Shown in pieces: positions 55,538 through 64,000 of a stretch of DNA of 64,000 bases. The DNA comes from Corallococcus coralloides. GTDB lineage: Bacteria; Myxococcota; Myxococcia; Myxococcales; Myxococcaceae. Within the stretch, counting starts at the first letter, position 1; the number at the start of each line of letters is the position of its first letter. The notes beneath the pieces were generated by a model, which was not told where the DNA came from, did not search any database, and worked only from the letters and a program-made list of their open reading frames with translations. The DNA lies in the NCBI RefSeq assembly GCF_004104415.1, contig NZ_CP034669.1; one strand, written 5' to 3'. Both the position numbers and the translations under genes were made by a program.

Positions 55538-55774
55538 ATGGGATTGAAGCTTCCTGAGATTCTTCTGATTTTCGCGGCGCTGCTGCTGCTGTTCGGCGGC
55601 TCGCGGTTGCCGCAGCTCGGCTCGTCCCTGGGCAGCGCGCTCCGCAACTTCAAGCGCGGCTTCTCCAGTGACGACGAGAAGGACGACGCTGGCGACAAGA
55701 AGTCCGGCACGCTGTCCGCGTCCACCACCGTGGACAAGGACGTCGCCGCCAAGTCGCCCAGTTCCCACGCCTGA
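55538..55774 (+). CDS. tatA: Twin-arginine translocase subunit TatA/E
   Basis: MGLKLPEILLIFAALLLLFGGSRLPQLGSSLGSALRNFKRGF is the canonical TatA TM plus amphipathic helix. RBS GAGGAG. Confidence 0.8.
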   Translation: MGLKLPEILLIFAALLLLFGGSRLPQLGSSLGSALRNFKRGFSSDDEKDDAGDKKSGTLSASTTVDKDVAAKSPSSHA

Positions 55775-55901
55775 TTGGCCCGTCCGGGTGGGCCCGGGAA
55801 GGCCCCGCCCCTGACGTCACACCCTCACTGAACGCTCGCCCGTGACGCCCGTACCGTGACCGCTCGAAAGCGGCCAGGGACGGGCGTCGGGCTTTGGTGC
55901 G

Positions 55902-57770
55902 TCAGTCCATGACCTTCGCGCCTTCGTACATGGCGTCGATGGTCTTGATGTACTTCTGGCTGGCGACCTTGCGCTTCACCTTGAGGGTGGGCGTGAGCTC
56001 ACCGGACTCCTGCGTGAAGTCCGCGTCCATGACGGCGATCTTCTTGATGCTGGAGTACGGGGGGATCTCCGCGTTCACCTTCTTGATGATCTCCTCGACG
56101 GCCGCCTTGATCTCCGGCCGCTGGGAGTTCTGCGCGTAGGTGCCCACCGCGATGCCCTTGTCCTCCAGCAGCTTGCGCGCCGGGTCCTCGGACACGGTGA
56201 TCAGCGCCACCAGGAACGGCCGCTTGTCGCCGTACACCATGGCCTGGCTGATGAGCGGGAAGGTCTTGAGCGTGTTCTCGATGTTCTGGGGCGCCACGTT
56301 CTTGCCGCCCGCGGTGACGATGATGTCCTTCTTGCGGTCGGTGATGCGCAGGTAGTTGTCGGAGTCCACCTCGCCGATGTCGCCGGTGTGGAACCAGCCG
56401 TCCGGATCCAGCACCTCCGCGGTGGCGGCGGGGTTCTTGTAGTAGCCCTTCATCACGCAGGGGCCACGCACGAGAATCTCACCGTCCGCGGCGATCTTGA
56501 TCTCCGTGCCCGGAACCGGCGGGCCCACGGTGCCGATCTTGATCTTCTCCACGCGGTTGGCGTTGCACGGGGCGCTCGTCTCCGTGAGGCCGTAGCCCTC
56601 CAGGACCTTGAGGTCGAGCAGGTCGAAGAAGTACGCGATCTTCCGGGACAGCGGCGCGCCGCCGGAGATGAAGATGCGCATGTTGCCGCCCAGCTTCTCG
56701 TCCAGGGTCTTGCGCACCTTGGAGAAGACGAGCTTCTTGGCCAGGCTGAACTGGAGCGAGCTGTACTCGCGGCCCTGGCTCTTGGCCTCGGAGTACTCGT
56801 CGAACAGGCCGAAGGCCCACTTGAAGAGCTTGCCCTTCACGCCGGGCGCCGCCGAGCCGTTGGCCACGACGTTGTTGTAGACCTTCTCGAACACGCGCGG
56901 CACGGACGGCAGCACCGTGGGGCGCGTCTCCGCCAGGTTCGCGAGCAGCTTGTCCACCGACTCCGCGATGATGAGCCGGAAGCCCATGGACAGCCACGCG
57001 GCCTTCACCACCTGGGCGAACACGTGCGCCAGGGGCAGGAAGAGCATGACGGAGTCCTCCGGCTTCATCATGCCCATGGCCTGGGTGGCCCTCGCTTCGT
57101 AGGCCCAGTTGCCGTGGGTGAGGATGACGCCCTTCGGGTCGCCCGTGGTGCCGGAGGTGTAGACGAGCATGTTGGTGTCGTCCAACTTCACCTGCGACAC
57201 GCGCTCGGCGAACGCGGACTCGGCGGCCTGGGGGATGCCCTTGCCGGAGGCCACCATGTCCGCGAGCGACAGCTCCTTGTCGCCGGAGATGGGGCCTTCG
57301 AAGACGACGATCTTCTGCAGCGTGGGGATGTCCCCCAGCTTGGAGCGCACGCGGGACAGGCGCCCCGCCTGCTTGGCGTCCTTCTCGTCGTTGTCGACGA
57401 GCAGCAGCTTCGTCTCCGAGTGGTTCAGGACGTAGCGGCACTCATCCGGCGTGTTGGAGCCATAGATGGGCACCGTGATGGCCTGGGCCGCGCTGATGGC
57501 CAGGTCCGCGATGATCCACTGCAAGCTGGTGTTGGCGAAGATGGCGACCCGGTCCCCGGGCTGAACACCCTGGGCGATGAGGCCCGCCGCCTGCGCCTTC
57601 ACGTCCTCCAGTACCTGCGCGAACGTGACGTCCTGCCAGCGCCCGTCCTTCTTGTGCGTCACGCCTACCTTGGAGGCGTTCTGAGCCCGCTGAACGAGCA
57701 ACTGGACGAGGTTCTGCTCCTGCGTCCCGCCCGCCGCGGGAGCCGTCGTGACCTGACTCTCTGCCCTCAC
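55902..57770 (-). CDS. Long-chain fatty acid-CoA ligase (AMP-dependent synthetase)
   Basis: AMP-binding motif YTSGTTGDPKGV and a full-length ANL superfamily layout. Proposed GTG start at 57770 overlaps the upstream stop as GTGA; the ATG at 57812 would overlap the upstream gene by 45 nt. Confidence 0.8.
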   Translation of the reverse strand: MRAESQVTTAPAAGGTQEQNLVQLLVQRAQNASKVGVTHKKDGRWQDVTFAQVLEDVKAQAAGLIAQGVQPGDRVAIFANTSLQWIIADLAISAAQAITVPIYGSNTPDECRYVLNHSETKLLLVDNDEKDAKQAGRLSRVRSKLGDIPTLQKIVVFEGPISGDKELSLADMVASGKGIPQAAESAFAERVSQVKLDDTNMLVYTSGTTGDPKGVILTHGNWAYEARATQAMGMMKPEDSVMLFLPLAHVFAQVVKAAWLSMGFRLIIAESVDKLLANLAETRPTVLPSVPRVFEKVYNNVVANGSAAPGVKGKLFKWAFGLFDEYSEAKSQGREYSSLQFSLAKKLVFSKVRKTLDEKLGGNMRIFISGGAPLSRKIAYFFDLLDLKVLEGYGLTETSAPCNANRVEKIKIGTVGPPVPGTEIKIAADGEILVRGPCVMKGYYKNPAATAEVLDPDGWFHTGDIGEVDSDNYLRITDRKKDIIVTAGGKNVAPQNIENTLKTFPLISQAMVYGDKRPFLVALITVSEDPARKLLEDKGIAVGTYAQNSQRPEIKAAVEEIIKKVNAEIPPYSSIKKIAVMDADFTQESGELTPTLKVKRKVASQKYIKTIDAMYEGAKVMD

Positions 57771-58507
57771 TTGAGCTCCTCCTGGATGTCGGCATCCACC
57801 TTCTTGGCCCACTGCTGCACGCGCTGCCCCTCAGCGGGGTTGTACGCGGTGCTTCCCTGCTTGACCTTCTCGATTGCCGCGCTCGCGTCCTTCGCCTTGC
57901 CGTCCTTCAGCAACGTCTCGGCCAGGTAGTAGTGCGCGCGCAGCGACTGCGGAAACTTGGCGATGGCCTTCTGGTAATACTCGGCGGACTTGTCCAGGTC
58001 GCGCTTGGGCCAGGGCAGTTCATAGAAGTAACGCCCCTTCACCAGCCAGGGACCGCCGTACTCGTACGTGGCGTCGAGCTTCAGCGCGGTGTCCAGGCGC
58101 TCGTTGAACTTGCCCTCCAGCCCGTCCCCCAGCGCCTTCATGATGCCCACGGCCTGCGAATAGGAGCCGATGCCGCAGGCGGCGAAGTAGTAGCCCTCCA
58201 CGCGCGCCGGCTGGAGCTTGGAGGCCTTGTCCCCGGCCTCCCAGGTCTGCTTGCCCAGGACCATCTTGAGCTTCTTCTCCGTGGCGCCGTCCGCCTGCCA
58301 CTGGAGGATGCGCGCCTTGCGCCACGCCAGGTCGAAGTCGTCCGGCGCGGCCTTCAGCGCCTCGGACACCTGCTTGTCCAGCGCCTTCACGGACTCCGCG
58401 TCACCGCGCTTCGCGTACAACGCGTCGAGTTGGTCGAGCAGCGCGGGATCCGCGGCGTTCGCCGGGATGGCCCAAAGCACCCAAAGGGCAAGCAATTTCA
58501 AGCGCAT
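57767..58507 (-). CDS. Secreted alpha-helical (TPR-like) hypothetical protein
   Basis: Signal peptide MRLKLLALWVLWAIPANA; helical-repeat composition. Confidence 0.55.
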   Translation of the reverse strand: MRLKLLALWVLWAIPANAADPALLDQLDALYAKRGDAESVKALDKQVSEALKAAPDDFDLAWRKARILQWQADGATEKKLKMVLGKQTWEAGDKASKLQPARVEGYYFAACGIGSYSQAVGIMKALGDGLEGKFNERLDTALKLDATYEYGGPWLVKGRYFYELPWPKRDLDKSAEYYQKAIAKFPQSLRAHYYLAETLLKDGKAKDASAAIEKVKQGSTAYNPAEGQRVQQWAKKVDADIQEELK

Positions 58508-58654
58508 CGAAAAGCCTTAGCACGCACGCTCGCCTACCATCAACCGAACGTACCAGACGCAGCGCGGCAAAAACGAAGACGGGACCGGCAAGGTGAGAAC
58601 ACCCCGCCAGGTCCCGTCAACGATGCAACAGATGCTGCTTTTGCGCTTTGCGCT

Positions 58655-59395
58655 TCAGGCCGCGTCGGCGGTGGCGGTGTGCTCCTCGTTCTCGTTGAAC
58701 GCGATGAGGTAGCGCTCCAGGAAGTTCTTCGTCTTCAGCTCCACCTGGCGCACGCGCTCGCGCGACACGCCCCAGCGCTGGCCCAGCTCCTCCAGCGTCA
58801 GCGGCTTGTCCTGCGTGAGGCGCTCCTGGAGGATGTCCCAGCCCAGGTCGCCAATGCGCTTGCGCACCTTGGACAGGGCATCCTGGATTTCGGTGTCCTG
58901 CTCGCGGGAGAGGAACGTCTCCTGCGGGGAGGGACCGCCGTCCTCCAGCCGGTCGAGGAAGGTCGTCTCGCCCTCCTCGTCGATGGTGGCGTCCAGCGAG
59001 AAGTCCACCATGCTGCCGCGCTCCGCCTCACCGCCGCGCACCTGGCTGCGGTTGTCCTTCAGGTAGCGGGTGATGTAGGCGCGGATCCACCACACGGCAT
59101 AGGTGGCGAAGCGCACGTTCTTCTTCGGGTCGAAGTGCTCGATGGCCTTCATGAGGCCGACGTTGCCTTCCTGGATGAGGTCGTCCAGGCGGGCCCCGCG
59201 GTTGGCGAACTTCTTCGCCACGGCGACCACGAAAGCGAGGTTGGAGCTGGCGAGCGTCTGTCGGGCGCTCTCGTCACCCTTGCGGGCCTGGCGGGCCAGC
59301 TCGTACTCCTGTTCACGCGTGAGCTGCTGGTGGCCGCCCAGGTGACGCAGGTAATGCGAAAGGCCCTCTGCCGCGAACTTCGTCGAGTTGGCCAT
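58655..59395 (-). CDS. RNA polymerase sigma-70 family sigma factor (group 3-like)
   Basis: Region 2 (YAVWWIRAYITRYL) and region 4 HTH (LEELGQRWGVSRERVRQVE). Start at MANSTKFAAEG (59395). Confidence 0.8.
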   Translation of the reverse strand: MANSTKFAAEGLSHYLRHLGGHQQLTREQEYELARQARKGDESARQTLASSNLAFVVAVAKKFANRGARLDDLIQEGNVGLMKAIEHFDPKKNVRFATYAVWWIRAYITRYLKDNRSQVRGGEAERGSMVDFSLDATIDEEGETTFLDRLEDGGPSPQETFLSREQDTEIQDALSKVRKRIGDLGWDILQERLTQDKPLTLEELGQRWGVSRERVRQVELKTKNFLERYLIAFNENEEHTATADAA

Positions 59396-59625
59396 GATTT
59401 CCCGTCCTTCCGTTCGTAACTGCCGGACGCGATGAATCCCCCGACGAACCGCGTCCATCTGTCACTAGGACGCGCAACGGCGGAAAGGGTTTCTCATTCC
59501 TTCCAAGAAGGGCGTTTTGCCCTCCTCCCCTTGTCAAAAGCCCGTCACGCACTCGCACTTCCGGGCCCTTGGCAGCGCGCGACGCGACGGGTGGGACAGC
59601 ACCTACGTTTCCGGTCACGAAGTCT

Positions 59626-61053
59626 TCAACGCTTGAGCGCGGGGAAGATTTTCTCGGGATTGAGCAGACCTGATGGATCGAAAAAGGCCTTCAGGCGGCG
59701 CTGCAGTTCCAGCAGCGCGGGCGCCTGCTCCAGCGCCAGATATTCCCGCTTCGCGTGCCCCACGCCGTGCTCACCGGTGATGGTGCCCCCCAACTCCACG
59801 GTGAGCACCAGCATGCGGCGCAGCGCCTCGTCCACGAGGGGGCGCTGGCTGGCACCTTCGTACAGGATGTTGGCGTGCAGGTTGCCGTCGCCCGCGTGGC
59901 CATACGTGGCCACGGTGAGCCCCAGCTCCTCGCCCATCTTCTTCAGCCGCTCGATGATCTCGGGAATTTTCGAGCGGGGCACCACGATGTCCTCGGAAAC
60001 CTTGGCGGGCTTGAGCGCGCGCAGCGCCGGGGAGATCACCCGCCGCGCCGCCCACAGCTTCTCGCGCTGGCTGTCGTCCTGGGCCACCAGGGTCTGGGTG
60101 GCCCCGTGCTGGGTGCAGAGGTCCCCCAACAGTTGGAGCTCCGCGAAGACGCCTTCAGCAGTGTTGCCGTCGACCTCGGCGATGAGGGCGGCGCCCGCGC
60201 CCGGGGGGAACTGGAAGCTGCCCCGGTGCACGATGGCCTGGACGGCGACCTCGTCGATGAGCTCCAGGCAGCGCGGCAGGAGGCCGGCGGCGAGCACCGC
60301 GGAGACGCCTCGCGCCGCGTCCAGCACGGAGGGAAACACCACCAGCGCGGTCATCACCTGGCGGGGCAGTGGAATCAGCTGCACCGTGATTTCGGTGGCC
60401 ACGCCGAGCGTGCCCTCGGAGCCCACGAAGAGCCCCACCAGGTCATAGCCGGCCACGCCCTTGATGGTGCGCCGGCCCACGCGCAGCACCTCGCCGTCCG
60501 GCATCACCCACTCCAGGCCGATGACGTAGTCGCGCGTGACGCCGTACTTCAGGGCGCGCGGGCCGCCGGCGTTCTCCGCCACGTTGCCGCCCAGCGTGCA
60601 GACCTCCCAGGAGTTCGGATCCGGCGGATAGAAGAGCCCCTGCGCCTCCACCGCCTTCATCAGGTCGCCCGTCACCACGCCGGGCTCCACCACCGCGGTG
60701 AGGTCCTCCCTGGAGATGGAGCGGATTCTGTTCATGCGCTCCAGGCTGACCGCCATGCCGCCCTTCAGGGGCAGCGAGCCGCCGCTCTTGCCGCTGCGCG
60801 CGCCGCAGGGGGTGAAGGGCACGCCGTGCGCCTGGCACGCCTTGAAGATGGCGGACACCTGCGCGGTGGTCTCCGGCAGGAGGACGGCGTCGGGCCGGTA
60901 CACGCCGCTGTCGGACTCGTCGCGCGCGTAGGCGTCGAGCGTGGCCTCGTCGCGCTTCACCTGGCCCTGGGACAGCACGGTGGTCAGGGCCTCCAGCACC
61001 TTCGCCACGCGCTCGGGCGCCACCCGCTCGAAGGTCTGGGAGGCGGGGTTCAT
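59626..61053 (-). CDS. FAD-linked oxidase (GlcD / D-lactate dehydrogenase family)
   Basis: Conserved FAD-binding PCMH domain and C-terminal cap (HAGDGNLH). Start at MNPASQT (61053). Confidence 0.85.
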   Translation of the reverse strand: MNPASQTFERVAPERVAKVLEALTTVLSQGQVKRDEATLDAYARDESDSGVYRPDAVLLPETTAQVSAIFKACQAHGVPFTPCGARSGKSGGSLPLKGGMAVSLERMNRIRSISREDLTAVVEPGVVTGDLMKAVEAQGLFYPPDPNSWEVCTLGGNVAENAGGPRALKYGVTRDYVIGLEWVMPDGEVLRVGRRTIKGVAGYDLVGLFVGSEGTLGVATEITVQLIPLPRQVMTALVVFPSVLDAARGVSAVLAAGLLPRCLELIDEVAVQAIVHRGSFQFPPGAGAALIAEVDGNTAEGVFAELQLLGDLCTQHGATQTLVAQDDSQREKLWAARRVISPALRALKPAKVSEDIVVPRSKIPEIIERLKKMGEELGLTVATYGHAGDGNLHANILYEGASQRPLVDEALRRMLVLTVELGGTITGEHGVGHAKREYLALEQAPALLELQRRLKAFFDPSGLLNPEKIFPALKR

Positions 61054-61619
61054 CGCCCCGCTCCCGTGCGAGCCCCCAGCCGGGCCCACAGCTCGCGGCG
61101 CAGGGGGCCGTCGCGGCGCAGGCGCCCTTCATAGGCCTCCGCGTGGGTGACGGCGTCGCGCTGGTGGTCGGCCCTCAGCCGCAGACACGCCTGCTCCGCC
61201 TCCAGGATGCAGGCGGTGGCGGGACTGCCGAGCACCCGGGCGAGCGAGCGCGCCACCTGCCGCGCCAGGTCCTCCTGGAGGATGAGCCGGTGCGCGAAGA
61301 GGTCCACCAGCGCGCCGATGCGGCCGAAGCCCACCACGCGTGAACCCGGCACGTAGGCCACGTGCGCGCGGCCGGTGAAGGGCAGGAGGTGGTGCGGGCA
61401 CATGGAGTGGAAGCGCAGGTCCGTCACGACGACCAGCTCTCCGGAGGAGTCCGCGGGCGCGGGGTAGGTCTTCCCGAGCGCCTCCTCGGGCGTGCGGCCG
61501 TAGCCGTCGAGGAAGCCGTTCGCCCACACGTCGGCCACGCGCGTGGGCGTGTCCACCAGGTTCACGTCCTGGAGGTCGAGCCCCGCGGCGGTGAGGAAGT
61601 CGCGGACCGCCCGGGCCAT
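61050..61619 (-). CDS. folE: GTP cyclohydrolase I
   Basis: HSMCPHHLLPF (the CEHHLVPF-type zinc site) and VGFGRI. Start at MARAVRDFL (61619). Its stop overlaps the GlcD start (ATGA). Confidence 0.85.
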   Translation of the reverse strand: MARAVRDFLTAAGLDLQDVNLVDTPTRVADVWANGFLDGYGRTPEEALGKTYPAPADSSGELVVVTDLRFHSMCPHHLLPFTGRAHVAYVPGSRVVGFGRIGALVDLFAHRLILQEDLARQVARSLARVLGSPATACILEAEQACLRLRADHQRDAVTHAEAYEGRLRRDGPLRRELWARLGARTGAGR

Positions 61620-61780
61620 GCCGGCGGGGTCGGGGCGCACGGCGCGAGGGGCCGGGGCCTTGGCGGCGGGGGCGCGGCGACGGGAACGGGAGGGAGGCAC
61701 GGGCGGCGGAACTCCTGGCGCGGTGGGGTGTGGCGGTGGCGCACCCAACCTAACCGATGCGGCCAGGAGGGACGTCCGGA

Positions 61781-61812
61781 ATGAAAACACCGTTCCCTTG
61801 TCGTCGTGTTTC
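61781..61812. promoter_or_regulatory. AT-rich inverted repeat TGAAAACAC-N15-GTGTTTCA in the folE/metal-cluster divergent region, followed by TTGACA-N17-TAAGCC
   Basis: Arms are at 61781-61789 and 61805-61812. A promoter-like -35/-10 pair lies at 61832-61837 and 61855-61860, with the start codon at 61877. Confidence 0.3.
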
Positions 61813-61876
61813 AGCGGCGTCCCCCGCCTGCCTTGACACTCCCGGGGGCCGACAGTAAGCCAGCCGGGACCCTCTG

Positions 61877-62296
61877 ATGCTCTCGCGCGCCCACACCCTT
61901 GCCCGCCTCACCGCGATGCTGCTCGTCGCGCTCTGGGGTGCCCAGCCGCTGGGTCTGGCGCTGCACGTGGAGCAGCACGCGCACCGGTTCTGCCCGCAGC
62001 ACCAGACGTTCGAGGAGGACGCGCGGCGCGCGAACCCCGCGCTGTCCCGCTTCTCCGAGCGCGCCCCTGTCATCGCCTCCGTCCCGCCCGCCGTGGCGGA
62101 CGCGACGGGCCTCAACCACGACACGTGCCCGCTGCTCACGGCCGCCCCGCAGGTGGGGGTGCTCCCGGGCGCGGACGCAGCCTCCGCTTCGGCGTGCGTG
62201 GAGAGCCATCACCCGGCCACCGCGCCGCCCCGCTCCTTCGCGCCGCTCGCCGTCCTCGACACCGCGCCCAAGGCCTCGCCTCCGACGCACGCGTAG
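61877..62296 (+). CDS. Secreted His/Cys-rich hypothetical protein (putative periplasmic metal-binding protein)
   Basis: Signal peptide MLSRAHTLARLTAMLLVALWGA; motifs HVEQHAHRFCPQHQ, HDTCP and CVESHHP; strong GC3 bias. Confidence 0.5.
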   Translation: MLSRAHTLARLTAMLLVALWGAQPLGLALHVEQHAHRFCPQHQTFEEDARRANPALSRFSERAPVIASVPPAVADATGLNHDTCPLLTAAPQVGVLPGADAASASACVESHHPATAPPRSFAPLAVLDTAPKASPPTHA

Positions 62297-62398
62297 CTTC
62301 CGCGTGTCGTGTCGTGAAGCAGGTCATCAGGTCGACGGTCGTCGCGGGGCGCGCATGCGCATGCTCCACGGCCGGCCGGTTCCGAGGAGCCAACATCC

Positions 62399-63736
62399 GT
62401 GTCATCCCTTCCGCGCAGGAATCCCCGCGCCCTCGCCGTCGTGCTCGCCGCGCAGCTGTCCGCGAGCGCCGCGTGGGCCCAGCAGTCCCCCCCCGCGGCC
62501 GAATCCCCGCCCGCTTCCGAGGACGCTCCGGCGCTGAGCCCGGAGGAGATGGAGGAGATTGAGAAGGCGCTGGGCACGGACGCGAGTACGCGCGCGCGTC
62601 CGTCCGGCGACACGTCCCCGGCGTCGCCCACCGCGACGAACGACTCCGGCGTGACGCCGCTCAAGCTGCCCAACGCCATCTCCGGCGGCACCAACTTCCT
62701 CAACCTGAGCTTCATCCTGGACATGGCCCTGGCGGCCTTCTCCAGCAAGGAGCCACTCCAGGGCGGCGCGCACGACCCGACGAAGAACGGCTTCAACCTC
62801 CAGCAGCTGGAGCTGTCCATCGGCTCCGTGGTGGACCCGTACTTCCGCTTCGACAGCAACATCGTCTTCAGCCAGTTCGGCGTGGAGATTGAAGAGGCGT
62901 ACGTCACCACGCTGGACCTGCCCGCCAACCTCCAGGTGCGCGCGGGCCAGTTCCTCACCCGCTTCGGCCGGATCAACGCCACGCACCCGCACGCGTGGGA
63001 CTTCGTGGATCAGCCCTTCGTCATGAGCCGCTACTTCGGCGCGGAGGGCAACCGCGGCCTGGGCGTGGAGGGCTCCTGGCTCACGCCGCTGCCCTGGTAC
63101 GTGGAGGTGATTGGCAGCGCCACCGACGCGACAGGCGAGGCCACCGCGCGCAGCTTCTTCGGCGCCTCCGCCGAGCGCGTGCTGTCACCGCTGGACTTCC
63201 AGCTCACCGGCGCGGTGAAGCAGTTCTTCCCGCTGTCGGACGACCTGTCGCTGCTCTGGGGCCTGTCCGCCGCCACGGGCCCCAACCCCACGGGCTACCG
63301 CAACTCCACCAGCATCTACGGCACGGACGTGTACCTGAAGTTCCGGCCCATCACGTCGCAGAGCTCGCAGCAGCTGGTGCTCCAGGCGGAGGTCCTCTAT
63401 CGCCGCAGGCAGGTGCCGGAGGACGTGCTGTCCGACTGGGGCGGCTACGCGCAGACGGTGTGGCGCTTCTCCAACCGCTGGGCCACGGGCGTGCGCTACG
63501 AGTTCGGCTCGGCCGCGAAGACGCTGGAGGGCCGGGTGGCGAATGATCCGCTCGACCCCGAGTGGATTTCCGACCGCCAGCGCATCACCGCGTCGGTGAC
63601 GTTCTGGCCCACGGAGTTCTCCCGCCTGCGCCTGCAGGCCGCCACGGACCGCGTGGGCTGGCGCGAGTCGCCGGACTACTCGGCCTTCCTCGCCCTTGAA
63701 GTCGTGACCGGCGCCCACGGTGCCCATGCGTTCTGA
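62399..63736 (+). CDS. Outer-membrane beta-barrel protein (putative metal-uptake porin)
   Basis: Signal peptide; alternating amphipathic beta-strand pattern; C-terminal aromatic residue (…AHGAHAF). It is immediately upstream of the ZnuA-like gene. Confidence 0.6.
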   Translation: MSSLPRRNPRALAVVLAAQLSASAAWAQQSPPAAESPPASEDAPALSPEEMEEIEKALGTDASTRARPSGDTSPASPTATNDSGVTPLKLPNAISGGTNFLNLSFILDMALAAFSSKEPLQGGAHDPTKNGFNLQQLELSIGSVVDPYFRFDSNIVFSQFGVEIEEAYVTTLDLPANLQVRAGQFLTRFGRINATHPHAWDFVDQPFVMSRYFGAEGNRGLGVEGSWLTPLPWYVEVIGSATDATGEATARSFFGASAERVLSPLDFQLTGAVKQFFPLSDDLSLLWGLSAATGPNPTGYRNSTSIYGTDVYLKFRPITSQSSQQLVLQAEVLYRRRQVPEDVLSDWGGYAQTVWRFSNRWATGVRYEFGSAAKTLEGRVANDPLDPEWISDRQRITASVTFWPTEFSRLRLQAATDRVGWRESPDYSAFLALEVVTGAHGAHAF

Positions 63737-63758
63737 CACCTTCTTCCGGAGCCCTCCC

Positions 63759-64000
63759 ATGCGTTCCCTTCGCCTGTTCGCGGCCCTGTGCGCCGCCGTC
63801 GTCAGCCTCACCGCCGTTCCCGCTCGCGCGGATTTGAAGGTCGTCGCCACCCTCCCGGACCTGGCTGCGCTGGCCAAGGCCGTGGGCGGGGACAAGGTGG
63901 CCGTCACCGGGCTCGCGCTGCCCACGCAGGATCCGCACTTCGTGGACGCCAAGCCGAACCTGGCGCTCGCGCTCAACCGCGCGGACCTGCTCATCGCCGC
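63759..64000 (+). CDS. Metal (Zn/Mn) ABC transporter substrate-binding protein, ZnuA/TroA family (5' part; continues beyond the window)
   Basis: MRSLRLFAALCAAVVSLTAVPARADLKVVATLPDLAALAKAVGGDKVAVTGLALPTQDPHFVDAKP, the typical cluster-9 SBP N-terminus. Confidence 0.65.
   Translation, partial: MRSLRLFAALCAAVVSLTAVPARADLKVVATLPDLAALAKAVGGDKVAVTGLALPTQDPHFVDAKPNLALALNRADLLIA

Noticed and set aside
59396-59625. Possible sigma70 -35 hexamer (TTGACA on the minus strand at 59533-59538) upstream of the sigma-factor gene
   Set aside because: No acceptable -10 element lies at a 16-18-nt spacing; it is probably a chance match.

Overview
This is a high-GC (~70%) window that is almost fully coding and looks like Myxococcales (Myxococcus/Corallococcus-like) chromosome; the clearest markers are an AglZ/FrzS-type pseudo-receiver coiled-coil motility protein and many TPR/Ser-Thr-kinase genes. 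I found no rRNA, tRNA, CRISPR array, transposase or IS element.

Most genes are ordinary housekeeping or accessory functions: ilvE, tyrS, rlmE, tatA, folE, an acyl-CoA dehydrogenase, a CoA-transferase, a GlcD-like oxidase, an RND efflux pump with its adaptor and a MarR regulator, DegP and a two-component pair. Gene boundaries were refined from the six-frame ORF track; many long ORFs in that track are GC-driven artefacts, and several true starts are internal, GTG or TTG.

The regions that deserve attention are:
- A tightly coupled six-gene operon: ACP, di-iron desaturase-like protein, AcpS-type PPTase, hotdog thioesterase, alpha/beta hydrolase and a fatty acyl-AMP ligase (47.2-52.0 kb).
- An alpha-glucan cluster made of a GH57 branching enzyme, a repeat-rich DUF4912-like protein and a GT4 glycosyltransferase carrying an approximately 500-aa disordered tail (6.4-13.3 kb).
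- A cluster of an AAA+ ATPase, a Fic protein whose catalytic His is replaced, a DHH/DHHA1 phosphoesterase and a translationally coupled cysteine desulfurase (20.6-25.3 kb).
- A secreted EndoU-like RNase lying convergent with a 2020-aa thioester alpha-2-macroglobulin.
- An operon of a TPR/Cys-rich secreted protein and a non-RD kinase.
- A His/Cys-rich periplasmic protein, an outer-membrane barrel and a ZnuA-like gene next to folE, with an AT-rich inverted repeat upstream.
- A possible 6S RNA locus upstream of the 5-formyl-THF cyclo-ligase gene.
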